Positions 11,030 through 23,169 of a stretch of 64,000 bases of DNA are shown one piece after another (positions within the stretch are counted from its first letter, which is position 1; each line of letters starts with the position of its first letter). The notes below the pieces were generated by a model. That model saw nothing but the letters and a program-made list of their open reading frames with translations, was not told where the DNA came from and ran no database searches. The stretch is from Octopus sinensis (lineage: Eukaryota), in contig NC_043025.1 in the NCBI RefSeq assembly GCF_006345805.1, positions 9,548,001 through 9,612,000 on the forward strand. Reading direction: 5' to 3'. The translations under genes and the position numbers were made by a program.

Positions 11030-12127
11030 AAGGTGACCAGGACCTTTGGAAATATGCTGTGCTTGAGAAGACTCGGCAAGCCCAAGTGAGAATATAACCT
11101 CGCGGCTTATGCCAGGGCTGTAACAATCCCACTTATGCGTACCTTTCCTTCATTGGACACTAAACTCTGCTCTCAATGACCTGTCGAGGCAAGTGAAATT
11201 GAAATTGAAATCAAATTCAATGACTGGCATCCGTTGCTAGTGGAGCGCTAAGAGTACCATATGAGCGTGATCGTTGCCAGAGCAACAAACTGGCCTCCGT
11301 GCCGATGGCCCATAAAAAATAACACCATTCGAGCATTATCGTTACCAGTATCGCCTTACTGACACTTGTGCTGATGGTATGTGGTTAGAATGACTGACGA
11401 ACGACTTCCCAAACAGATCTTCTACTCCCAACTCAAAGACGGCAAGCGTACAAAAGGAGGTCAGAAGAAACGCTACAAGGACTCCCTGAAATCGAACCTC
11501 AAAAAGTGTGACATCGACTTCACCAACTGGGAGGAAACGGCAAAAAACAGACCACTCTGGAAAACCACCATCCATGAGGGAACGGCGAATTTCGAGTCGA
11601 AAAGGTCTGCAGAGCTGGAGGAGAAAAGACGACGATGGAAGGAGCGCCAACAACAACCACGTGCGAATCTCCCTTCCGGCACTAGATGTCCGCACTGTGA
11701 CCGATCTTTTCGAGCAAGAATTGGTCTTATCAGTCACCTGCGGACTCACCAATAAATTTGCGCGAAGACCATCATCCTCGACCTTGAGGGATTGCCATAG
11801 TAGTAGTAATAGCTGATGGCATGTGCAAAAGCATTTGAGCAAGGACGTTGCCAGTGCCGCTGGACTGGCTCCTGTGCAGGTGGCACATAAAAAAAACCCC
11901 TTTGAGCGTGGTAGTTGCCAGTACCATCTGATTGGCCCTCATGCCGGTAGCACATAAAAGCACCCACTATACTCTCGGAGTGGTTGGCATTAGGAAGGGC
12001 ATCCAGCTGTAGAAACTCTGCCAAATCAAGATTGGAGCCTGGTGCAGCCATCTGGTTTGCCAGACCTCAGTCAAATCGTCCAACCCATGCTAGCATGGAA
12101 AGCAGACATTAAACGATGATGATGATG
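11030..12127 (+). mobile_element. RTE ORF end (DLWKYAVLEKTRQAQ) plus 3' UTR, host of a nested insertion
   Basis: Same C-terminus as 41398-41601; (GAT)n tail at ~12115. Confidence 0.75.
11378..11811 (+). mobile_element. 5'-truncated BovB-like RTE with open C-terminal frame and C2H2 finger
   Basis: VVRMTDERLPKQIFYSQL...G.R..GGQKKRYKDSLK...CPHCDRSFRARIGLISHLRTH; (TAG)n tail; TSD gctgatgg at 11370-11377 and 11812-11819. Confidence 0.88.
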
Positions 12128-12136
12128 TTTATTTAC

Positions 12137-12283
12137 CACACCAACCCTACAATATCGTTTTAAAAATTAACAGCTACCTCATCAAAATCTCAAAGCTCCA
12201 AGATTAATGAATGATTAGTTCAAAACAATGTGGATAAAAAAAGGATTCATTTTGGCAGAATAATGCGAACACTAAAGAGTTAA
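12137..12283 (+). repeat. Diverged solo monomer of the 108-bp satellite with a MITE-like end
   Basis: cacaccaaccctacaatatcg...aaatctcaaagct...gattagttcaaaacaa, continuing to ...ctaaagagTTAA. Confidence 0.7.
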
Positions 12284-12844
12284 TACGTTATAACTAGAAG
12301 TTAAAACTTCAATTTCTAGTATTCTGAGATACTCATTTTCAAACAGAAGTTAATATACAGAGCCTGCTTTCTTTTTTTTTTTAATAAATATTCAGTTTGA
12401 ATATTTTTTTTTTTTATAAATATTCACTGTTTGTATAATTTTTTTTTTAATAAATATTCACTGTTTGTATAATTTTTTTTTTTATAAATATTCTGTTTGA
12501 ATAATTTTTTTTTTTTTTTCTGGTGGGTGAAATATGAAATGGATTTTTGAAGAAAAACCATTTCAAATACCCTTTTATTGTATTTTTTTTGTTTTTGTTT
12601 AAAAGCCTTAGAGAACAATGACGCATTCAAATACAGTAACTTGAAGCTCGCCATATCTAATTCTAGTGATGATATAAAAGTCTTAAAGGACCATACAAGA
12701 GAAGTCATATAATTGCGTTGTTGATTAATTAATGACTTGAAGTAATGCTTTTTACTAATGTTTTCCAAAACAATATACACAGAAATATTTATGCATGCAT
12801 ACATCACCACACATATATATATATATAATAACAATTTTGTAAAT

Positions 12845-13095
12845 AAAACATATGCATACATACATACATATATGTACATACCTACATCTATATGTATATA
12901 TACATGCATATATGAGTACAGGACACCACAAATAAGTGTAGAACACAACGAGAAACGAAAACATAAAATCAAACAAGGAAACGGACTTTTTTTAACAACA
13001 AAAAAACAGAGTACAAGACAAACAATACAAGGAACATTCCCCTTCTTCAGCTGCCCCTGTTTCAACTCAATGCGTGTTTCGAAGGTAAGGACATG
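12845..13095 (-). mobile_element. Dispersed ~250-bp repeat family D (other copies ~14540-14800, ~15830-16140, ~57645-57900)
   Basis: Shared gactgaagaaggggaa...ggtgtcctgtacccatatatgcatgtatatatacatgtagagg. Confidence 0.7.
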
Positions 13096-13104
13096 CATAC
13101 TCAG

Positions 13105-13850
13105 ACATATGCATATATGAACACACAAACATGCATCCACTCATATGTATTAATATCAATAGAATGTGATAATTCCACATCAATAGAATGTGATAATTCT
13201 ACATTTCAAAACTAATATTTGTTAATGTGTATTTCTGAATCGGAACGAAATTCAAGGTGGATTGTATTTACATGAAAGATACTTAGCCACTTGCCTACAC
13301 GGTGTTAACAAACCAAAGATGTGTAAATAACTTTTGTTTGAGCAAAAAAATTGAGGATTTTGACTCCAGGTAGTTTTGCAAGTTGAAAAAAAGATCTGAA
13401 AAGTTAGCTCCTTGTATCCACTTGGCTAAGTATTCTTTATGTGAATACAAGTGTCCTTGAATTTTATTCTGCTTCTATCTATATATATACATACACAGAC
13501 ATATGCATATATGAACACACAAACATGCATCCACTCATATGAATCAACATCAATAGAACATGATAATTCCACATTTCAAAACTAATATTTGTTAATGTGT
13601 ATTTCTGAATCGGAACGAAATTCAAGGTGGATTGTATTTACATGAAAGATACTTAGCCACCTGCCTACACGGTGTTAACAAATCAAAGATGTGCAAATAA
13701 CCTTTGTTTGAGCAAAAAAATTGAGGATTTTGACTCCAGGTAGTTTTGCAAGTTGAAAAAAAAGATCTGAAAAGTTAGCTCCTTGTATCCACATGGCTAA
13801 GTATTCTTTATGTGAATACAAGTGTCCTTGAATTTTATTCTGCTTCAGAA
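13105..13850. repeat. Tandem duplication, 370-bp period
   Basis: acatttcaaaactaatattt at 13201 and 13571; near-identical units. Confidence 0.9.
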
Positions 13851-14194
13851 ATAAAAAAAAGAACGTTGGCTTTGAGATGTTTTATAGATATATATTTTTA
13901 AAGATATTAAAAGCATTACTTGAACAATAATGCAGTCGCATGACTTCACTGCTTTCGATTTTAAGTCATTCATAATATTACCACAAGAACCAGAAATGAA
14001 ATCAAAGTGTTAGCTTGATACAGCCATTTTTGCATGTATTGTTCACGCAAAGCGAAGTGCTTCCCCTTGAACTTTCATTTCCTATTTCAAAACATATTTG
14101 AATACTTCAAAAGAAAACTAGGCTTGGTTTACCATTTAAGGATTGGAAACCACTAATTCTGGGTATTGGAAATTGGAGCCTTTCATTTATGATG

Positions 14195-14225
<31 letters not shown>

Positions 14226-14290
14226 AATTAATTAATAAGGTGAGAGAATTAGATACGACCATATAGTGGACCACTCTCTTATATTTATTT

Positions 14291-14330
<40 letters not shown>

Positions 14331-14492
14331 TATATAATTTTAATTAATTTTATTTCTATGTTTTGGTTTATGTTTTCACTGTTTGATTTGCCTCATTGTG
14401 GTTTTATCTGTAATTTAATTTATATTTATACTGTAAAATAGATTTAATCCTAAATCTAAATTTTTCCCCGTAAGTTTGGATTTACTCCCTAA

Positions 14493-14531
<39 letters not shown>

Positions 14532-14877
14532 TATATATAACGTAGAGTAGATGAAACCTTTAGCGACTGAAGAAGGGGTTTTTTCTTTTTTTTCTTTGTG
14601 TTAATTGTCCTGTACTCTATTTTTTTTTTGCTGTTTTTTAAAAAATGTCCAGTTCCTTTGGTTTGTGTCTATGTTTTCGTTTCTCATTGTGTTCGACGTC
14701 CTTTTGGTGTCCTGTACTTATATATGCGTGTATATGTACATGTAGAGGTAGGTATGTACATATATGTTTATATATATGCATATGTTTTATTTATTAATGT
14801 ATATATATATATATTATATATAATATATATATATATATACACATTTACATTTACACACATATATATGCATATACAAA

Positions 14878-14884
<7 letters not shown>

Positions 14885-14913
<29 letters not shown>

Positions 14914-14950
14914 TGTATCTGTCTGTCTATCTATCTATCTATCTATCTAC

Positions 14951-14989
<39 letters not shown>

Positions 14990-14990
14990 C

Positions 14991-15025
<35 letters not shown>

Positions 15026-15048
15026 CGTATCGATCTATCTATCTTACG

Positions 15049-15100
<52 letters not shown>
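14885..15100. repeat. (TATG)n-(TATC)n microsatellite
   Basis: Direct reading. Confidence 0.95.
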
Positions 15101-15414
15101 AGTGTGTGTGTAAGAAAAAACATTTGATTTATATTATAATTCCTGTAAATATGATTAAGAATGAGGTTTGGTTTAGTAAATGTTCATGTTCGCCAGTCAT
15201 CATTATCATCATCGTCATCCATCTGCTTTCCATGCTAGCATGGGTTGGACGAATGACTGAGGACTGGCAAACCAGATGACACTTGCCCAAGGTGCCACGC
15301 AGTGGGACTGAACTCGGAACCATGTGGTTTGTAAGCAAGCTACTTACCACACAGCCATTCCTACGCCTGTATATATATATATATATATATAATAAATTAA
15401 TAAATAAAATAAAA

Positions 15415-15800
15415 CTGTGTGGTAAGTAGCTTGCTTACCAACCACGTGGTTCCGAGTTCAGTCCCACTGCATGGCATCTTGGGCAAGTGTCCTCAAACTA
15501 TAGTCCTCGGGCCGACCAATGCCTTGTGAGTGGATTTGGTAGACGGAAACTGAAAGAAGCCTGTCATATATATGTATATATATATATGTGTATGTTTGTG
15601 TGTCTGTGTTTGTCCGACCAACACCGCTTGACAACCGATGCTGGTGTGTTTAAGTCCCCGTAACTTAGCGGTTTGGTAAAAGTGAGCGATAGAATAAGTA
15701 CTAGGCTTACAAAGAATAAGTCCTGGGGTCGATTTGATCAACTAAAGGCGGTGCTCCAGCATGGCCGCAGTCAAATGACTGAAACAAGTAAAAGAGTAAA
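15415..15800 (+). mobile_element. SINE family A
   Basis: Head through tail present. Confidence 0.8.
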
Positions 15801-16243
15801 AGTGTATATATACATACATATATGTATGTACCAACCTCTACATGTATATATACATGCATGTATGGGTACAGGACACAAAAAAAACGTTGAACACAATGAG
15901 AAACGAAAACATAGACACAAAACCAAGGAAATGGACATTTTTCTTAAACAAGGAAAAAATAGAGTACAGGACATACAATACAAGGAAAATTCCCCTTCTT
16001 CAGTCGCCATGGTTTCATCTACTCCGCGGATGTTTTTTTGGTGTCCTGTACCCATATATGCATGTATATATACATGTAGAGGTAGGTACGTGCATATATG
16101 TAGGTATATATGCATATGTTATATTTTATTTATTAATTTATTATATGACGGAACACACGCATCCGTTTCTAAGTAAGATTGTTCTTAATATGGTGCCCCA
16201 GCATGGCCACAGCTCATGAGCTGAAACTAGAATCAATCAATCA

Positions 16244-16284
<41 letters not shown>

Positions 16285-16500
16285 CTTTACTACCCACAAG
16301 GGGCTACACACAGAGGGGACAAAGAAGGACAGACAAACGGATTACGTCGACCCCAGTGCGTAACTGGTACTTAATTTATCGACCCCGAAAGGATGAAAGA
16401 CAAAGTCGACCTCGATGGAATTTGAACTCAGAAAGTAATGGCAGACGAAATACGGCTACGCATTTCGCCCAGCGTGCTAACGTTTCTGCCAGCTCGCCGC
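16285..16500 (-). mobile_element. SINE family B, full length
   Basis: Reverse of ggcggcgagctggcagaaacgttagc...gtagtaaagaaat. Confidence 0.85.
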
Positions 16501-16517
16501 CTTTATATGTATGTATG

Positions 16518-16595
<78 letters not shown>

Positions 16596-16705
16596 ATACA
16601 TGTGAAAGAGGCGAGGATCAAAATCCTTCAAAAGAATGTCAACCATCCAAGTCCACCAGTACAATCTCCAAGCAAAGAATATATATATATATATATATAA
16701 TGAAG

Positions 16706-17096
16706 CTAGCAGTATCGCCCGGCGTTGCTTGGGTTTGTAAGGGAAATAACTATATAAGCATTTTTAGAGATGTAAAGTATAATAGCCATCTCAATATGGC
16801 TAACCACAAAGCGGGGTGTTACTGTAGCTTTTTATGTTCTGAGATTTAATAATAAATTTTTAGAGAGTTACTTCCCTTATATATGCCAAAAATGCATTAA
16901 AAATGGGAAAAATTTATGGTAAATTTTTTCAAAATCGTAGACTCATCGTAGATGCACGCTAATACCCAGAATGGCTCGATATGAATCACGACTATAAGAT
17001 ACTCGGTTTCGGTTAAACTGCACTGCAAAATGTGGGAGTAGTTAGGAATCTAAATCGTAGGAGACAGACACACAACTTCACTTTTATATATAAAGA
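16706..17096 (-). mobile_element. Non-autonomous Helitron, copy 1
   Basis: Minus strand starts TC (tctttatatataaaagtg) and ends ...cccaagcaacgccgggcgatactgCTAG with a subterminal GC hairpin. Confidence 0.75.
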
Positions 17097-17482
17097 CTAG
17101 CAGTATCGCCCGGCGTTGCTTGGGTTTGTAAGGGAAATAGCTATATAAGCATTTTTAGAGAGTTATAGCCAAAAAATATCAAAAGAATGCATTAAAAATG
17201 AAAAAAAATGATGTGGTAAATTTTTTTTAATCGTTTGACTCATCGTAGAAATTTTTAGAGAGTTACTCTCTATATAATAGCGAAAATAATGCATTAATAT
17301 GAGAAAAAATGATGGTGAATTATTTTTTAAATCATAGACTCATCGTAGACGCGCGCTAATACCCAGAAGGGCTCGATGACTATAAGATACCTGGTTTTGG
17401 TTTAAACTGCACCGCAAAATGTGGGAGTAGTTAGGAATCTAAATCGTAGGAGACAGACAGACACAAACCTCACTTTTATATA
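17097..17482 (-). mobile_element. Non-autonomous Helitron, copy 2, head-to-tail with copy 1
   Basis: CTAG at 17097-17100 abuts the TC start of copy 1. Confidence 0.75.
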
Positions 17483-17900
17483 TTCTCTTTTACTCTTTTA
17501 CTTGTTTCAGTCATTTGACTGCGGCCATGCTGGAGCACCGCCTTTAGTCGAGCAACTCCACCCCGGGACTAATTTTTTGTAAGCCCAGTACTTATTCTAT
17601 CGGTCTCTTTTGCCGAACCGCTAAGTGACGGGGACGTAAACACACCAGCATCGGTTGTCAAGCAATGCTAGGGGGACAAACACAGACACACAAACATACA
17701 CACACACACATATATATATATATATACATATATACGACAGGCTTCTTTCAGTTTCCGTCTACCAAATCCACTCACAAGGCATTGGTCGGCCCGGGGCTAT
17801 AGCAGAAGACACTTGCCCAAGATGCCACGCAATGGGACTGAACCCGGAACCATGTAGTTGGTTAGCAAGCTACTTACCACACAGCCACTGCTGCGCCTAT
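17483..17900 (-). mobile_element. SINE family A, full length
   Basis: Matches family A. Confidence 0.85.
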
Positions 17901-17904
17901 ATAA

Positions 17905-18132
17905 AGATAGCTGGCAGAAACGTTAGCACGCTGGGCGAAATGCGTAGCCGTATTTCGTCTGCCGTTACGTTCTGGGTTCAAATTCCGTCGAGGTCGACTT
18001 TGCCTTTCATCCTTTCGGGGTCGATAAATTAAGTACCAGTTACGCACTGGGGTCGATGTAGTCGACTTAATCCGTTTTATCTGTCCTTGTTTGTCCCCCT
18101 GTGTGTCTAGCCCCTTGTGGGTAGTAAAGAAA
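17905..18132 (+). mobile_element. SINE family B
   Basis: gctggcagaaacgttagc...gcctttcatcctttcggggtcgataaattaagtacc...gtaaagaaat. Confidence 0.85.
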
Positions 18133-18249
18133 TATATATAAAGATATTCAGAATTTTCAAAATTAATAAAGTATGAGGAAAGGAAAAAGAAAATACATAG
18201 GCGTAGGTGATCTTTAATTCAAATCCAAGTTGGTACAAAACCAATATAT

Positions 18250-18337
18250 ATTCTACAAACTGTTTCAGAGTCTAATTAGTTCCAGAGGCAAAAACGAAAA
18301 ACTCTTGAAATAAAAATGAGAATTCTTCATCAGGAAT
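18250..18337 (-). ncRNA. Candidate type I hammerhead ribozyme
   Basis: ATTC CTGATGA AGA...TCT GAAA CA gtt TGT A GAAT: intact core, stem I 4 bp, stem III 3 bp, GUA triplet. Confidence 0.55.
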
Positions 18338-18465
18338 TAGACATTGGTACGAACAATTACAACCAACAAAAGATATGAAAAGACCTTTCATAGCCCAGAC
18401 AGGAATGAACACGCAAATAATGACAGAAGGAAAATTACCAGAGCGCCAGACCATTCAAAACAAGT

Positions 18466-18614
18466 ATGAATATATATATACATATATGTATATACATACA
18501 TATAACGATGATGATGATGATGATGATATACATATATATATATATTATATATATACATATACTATATATTTATATCTATGTATATATAATATATATATGT
18601 ATAATATATGTATA

Positions 18615-18645
<31 letters not shown>

Positions 18646-18979
18646 GTATGGTATATATGTATATATGTATATATGTATGTATGTATGTATATATGTATGT
18701 ATATATGTATGTATATATGTATGTATATATGTATATGTATATATGTATATTATATATGTATATGTATAGATGTATATATATATATGTATATGTATATATG
18801 GATATATATATATATGTATATATATATATGTATATATATGTATGTATATATGTATATATATATATATATATGTATGTATATATGTATATATATATATATA
18901 TATATATGTATGATATATATATATATATATGTATATATGTATATATATATATAAATGTATTATATATATATATATATGT

Positions 18980-19010
<31 letters not shown>

Positions 19011-19231
19011 ATATAATATATATGTATATATGTATGTATATATATTATATATATGTATATATATATATATATATGTATATAGTATATATATATATATATA
19101 TGTATAATGTATATATATATATATGTATATATGTATATATATATATATATATATGTTATATGTATATATTTATATATATATATCTATATATATATATATA
19201 TATATATGTATATTATGTATATATATATGTA

Positions 19232-19262
<31 letters not shown>
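18466..19262. repeat. Interrupted (TA)n/(TATG)n tract, ~0.8 kb
   Basis: Direct reading. Confidence 0.95.
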
Positions 19263-19268
<6 letters not shown>

Positions 19269-20065
19269 TCATCACATCATCATCATCGTTTAACGTCCGC
19301 TTTCCATGCTAGCAGGGTTGGACGGTTCAACTGGGGTCTGGGAAGCCCGAAGGCTGCACCAGGCCAGTCAGATGTGGCAGTGTTTCTAAGCTGGATGCCC
19401 TCCTAACGCCAACCACTCCGAGAGTGTAGTGGGTGATTTTATGTGCCACCGACAAGTTGCCAGACGAGGCTGGCAGACGGGCCACGCTCGGATGGTGTTT
19501 TTTATGTGCACCGACACAGGTGCCAGACGAGGTGGCAGCGGCCACGCTCGGATGGTGTTTTTTTTATGTGCCACCGACACAGGTGCCAGACGAGGCTGGC
19601 AGACGGCCACGCTCGGATGGTGTTTTATGTGCCACCGACACAGGTGCCAGACGAGGCTGGCAGACGGCCACGCTCGGATGGTGTTTTCTATGTGTCACCG
19701 AACAGGTGCTAGACGAGGCTGGCGGACGGCCACGCTCGGATGGTTGTTTGTTACGTGCTCTCAGCACGGAGGCCAGTCATTGCGGTACTGGCTACGGTCA
19801 CGTTCGGATGGTTTTCTTATGTGCCACGGCACTGGTACCACAAGGATACAAATTCCATTGATGTTCATCTATTTTGATTTGGTTCGATTGATTTGATACG
19901 ATTCGATTCGATTCTCACTTGCCTCACAGGTCTTCACAAGTGTCACAAGAAGGAAGGTATGCACAGGTGGACTGACTACGTCCCAGGTAGGGGCCATGGA
20001 TTATGGCTTCACTAGTCTTGCCGGGTCTCTCACGCACAGCATACTTCCATAGGTCTCGGTCTCTC
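19263..20065 (-). mobile_element. RTE ORF end plus complete 3' UTR with ~5 internal ~58-bp repeats
   Basis: [11 protein letters not shown] at the right end; tandem gccaccgacacaggtgccagacgaggctggcagacggccacgctcggatgg; (GAT)n tail at the left. Confidence 0.85.
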
Positions 20066-20131
20066 ATATATATATGGATATAACATCTATGTATTATACA
20101 TCTATGTATATATACATCTATATATATATAC

Positions 20132-20164
<33 letters not shown>

Positions 20165-20667
20165 CATATATGTATTAATATATAATACAATATATAATAC
20201 ATATATATATACATATATATATACATATATATATACATATATATATATACATATATATAAACATATATATATATACATATATAAAACATATATATTATAC
20301 ATATATATATATATAATATAGTATATATATATATATATATGTATATATTTATATATATAAAACAGTAAGACAGAGATAGAGTAGTATCAGTGAAGTAGTC
20401 ATACAGTGAAGGAGAGGTAGTAAGAGTAATTAATAAATAATAATTTATTAATTACCTCTCTTTTCTCTCATATTATTATTATTATTATCGTTATTATTAT
20501 TAATATAAATATGTGAGCAAAACGCCCCCGTCCAATGGACAGTGCTGAGTTGTCAAACATTTAAACCAAATTTTCTCAAAACGAACTTGTCCGATTGTCC
20601 CATAGACCGTCCCTTAGAGAAACACTGATTTAACCTAAATTTGAGACACCAGCAAAAGACGGATTTC

Positions 20668-20878
20668 GACTGATGTACTTGCGCGTAAATGCACGTCCCA
20701 CGGCTTATCGATCGCAATCACCTGGAATCGATTTTTGTCTTTTTTCAAGACTTATACACGCCCTGATACCGTCGGTTACCTACATATCAAATTTGAGCGC
20801 AATCGGATGGAGGATGCCCGAGATCCTAGAAGACACACGCACAGACAGACGGAACGGATTTTATATAATGGATATATA
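20668..20878 (-). mobile_element. Helitron-like element end, homologous to 8808-9012
   Basis: Shared ctgatgtacttgc...cacctggaatcga...caaatttgagcgcaatcgg...ttttatataat. Confidence 0.45.
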
Positions 20879-21540
20879 CTCTTTACTCTTTAACTTGTTT
20901 CAGTCATTTGACTGCGGCCATGCTGGAGCACGCCTTTAGTTGAGGCAAATCGACCCCCCAGGACTTATTCTTTGTAAGCCTAGTACTTATTCTATCGGTC
21001 TCTTTTGCCGAATCACTAAGTTACAGGGACGTAAACACACCAGCATCGGTTGTCAACCGATGCTGGGGGGACAAACACACATATATATATATATACATAT
21101 ATACGACGGGCTTCTTTCAGTTTCCATCTACCAAATCCACTCAGAAGGCTTTGGTTAGCCCGAGGCTATAGTAGAAGACACTTGCCCAAGGTGCCACGCA
21201 ATGGGACTGAACCCAGAACCATGTGGTTGGTAAGCAAGCTACTTACCACACAGCGACTCCTACGATAGTCTTTCAGTTTCCATCTACCAAATCCACTCAG
21301 AAGGCTTTGGTTGGCCCGAGGCTATAGTAGAAGACACTTGCCCAAGGTGCCACGCAGTGGGACTGAACCCAGAACCATGTGGTTGGTAAGCAAGCTACTT
21401 ACCACACAGCGACTCCTACGATAGTCTTTCAGTTTCCGTCTACCAAATCCACTCAGAAGGCTTTGGTTAGCCCGAGGCTATAGTAGAAGACACTTGCCCA
21501 AGGTGCCACACAATGGGACTGAACTCAAAACCATGTGGCT
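20878..21540 (-). mobile_element. SINE family A followed by two extra tandem head segments
   Basis: ctttcagtttcc(a/g)tctaccaaatccactcagaagg three times. Confidence 0.8.
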
Positions 21541-21794
21541 GAGAAGCAAGCGTCTTACCACTGGTCCACACTTGTCTCCTGCCTTCCCTCACCTGTGAAA
21601 ATGGCCCAAAGTTACTTGAACTGCCTCACCTGCTTCAGTGATGTACTGACCAGGGTGATGTGCTGCTGCAGATGGGCTGAACTCGAAGCTACATGGTTGA
21701 TAAGTGTTGGTGACAGGAAGAGCGTTCCAACGTGAAATAATTTTTTTAAAAAACTGCCTTAACAAATTCTATGTGACCCATGCAAGTCTAGAAA

Positions 21795-22270
21795 AGTGGA
21801 CAGTAAATGATGAAGGTGAGGATGATGACGAGGGTGATGGGGACAAGGATGGTGATGATGATGGTGGTGATACGATGAGATGATGATGATGGTGATACGA
21901 TGAGATGATGATGATGGTGATGGTGATGGTGATGATGATGAAGGTGATGATGATGAAGGTGATGATGAGGGTGGTGCTGACAAGGATGATGATGATGATG
22001 ATGGTGGTGATACGATGAGATGATGGTGATGGTGATGATGACAATTTTGGTGATGATGAGGGTGGTGGTGACAAGGATGATGATGAGATGATGATGGTGG
22101 TGGTGATACGATGAGATGATGACGATGGTGATGGTGATGATGACAATTGTGGTGTTGGTGAGGGTGGTGGTGACTAGGATGATGATGATGATGGTGGTGA
22201 TACGATGAGATGATGACAAATGTGGTGGTGATGATGATAATGATGACGATGATGATGACGCTGACAACGA
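21795..22270. repeat. GAT/GGT-rich compound minisatellite (related tract at ~26180-26455)
   Basis: Recurrent gagggtggtggtgacaaggatgatgatgatg...ggtgatacgatgagatgatg units. Confidence 0.85.
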
Positions 22271-22845
22271 TGTATTCACTTACAATAAAATGTTCTTCTT
22301 TATCTGAAGCAGAGAGAGAGAGAGAAAGAGAGTGAAAGAAATCATATGAAAAATACATGTTCTCTGTCTACTTTTTTCAGTCTCTGATAAGAATTTCCAT
22401 CACAAAATGGGATAAGATAAAAACACTTGGAAACAATTATTCTCTCCCTTAATCCCCTCCTCCCCACCATCTGTCTGTTCCTCTCTCTCACTCCCGCTAC
22501 CATTATGTAACAACCCCAATCAACAGAACACGTGAACAAAATGGTTACCTCCAAAAAAATTTGTCCTCAGATATCGAAAAATTAATGTCTGTCATTTCTC
22601 TTCTAATAACAAAACAGATTTGCAAACATATTTCACTTTACTCTCTTTTACTTGTTTCAGTCATTTGACTGCGGCCATGCTGGAGCACCGCCTTTAGTCG
22701 AGCAACTCGACCCCGGGACTTATTCTTTTTGTAAACCCAGTACTTATTCTATCGGTCTCTTTTGCTGAACCGCTAATTGACGGGGACGTAAACACACCAG
22801 CATCGGTTGTCAAGCAATGCTAGGGGGACAAACCCAGACACACAA

Positions 22846-22881
<36 letters not shown>

Positions 22882-22882
<1 letters not shown>

Positions 22883-23065
22883 GTAATACTAAGTAATTAA
22901 GGGTTTAGCAATGATTTGCCTCACCACACACCTAATTTAGAAATAGCAGTCAAAGAGTTATGGCTATACTTAGTAGAAAGAATAGCCATAACTCTTTGAT
23001 GCTATTTCTATATTCGGTGTGTGGTGAGGCAAATCGTTGCTAAACCTTAATTACTTAGTATTACT
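22882..23065. repeat. Near-perfect 184-bp palindrome with conserved 3' tail to ~23152
   Basis: agtaatactaagtaattaagggtttagcaa... / ...ttgctaaaccttaattacttagtattact. Confidence 0.9.
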
Positions 23066-23169
23066 TAAACCTTCTTGAATGGAGCTTTTACATGCCAAAA
23101 TCTACTTGGTGAAATTAATGATTATTCCAAATTAATTAATTTCACCCTATATTATTATTATATATATAT

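Noticed and set aside
12606-12712. Plus-strand terminal exon ALENNDAFKYSNLKLAISNSSDDIKVLKDHTREVI*
   Set aside because: Short, no recognised homology, and no partner exons found.
13982-14070. Minus-strand exon EQYMQKWLYQANTLISFLVLV
   Set aside because: The only good acceptor gives stops in all frames; in-frame AGs have purine-rich upstream sequence; weak donor.
16135-16180. Half hammerhead on the minus strand (GAAACGGA...TCCGTC)
   Set aside because: Stem III and GUC are present but there is no CTGANGA upstream.
21535-21745. Exon-like GC-balanced stretch
   Set aside because: The minus strand reads IISRWNALP, like a decayed LINE RT C-terminus rather than a host exon.
21759-22358. His/Ser/Ile-rich ORFs (also 25971-26488 and 53708-54134)
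   Set aside because: GAT/GGT/AAT repeat translations with no protein signal.
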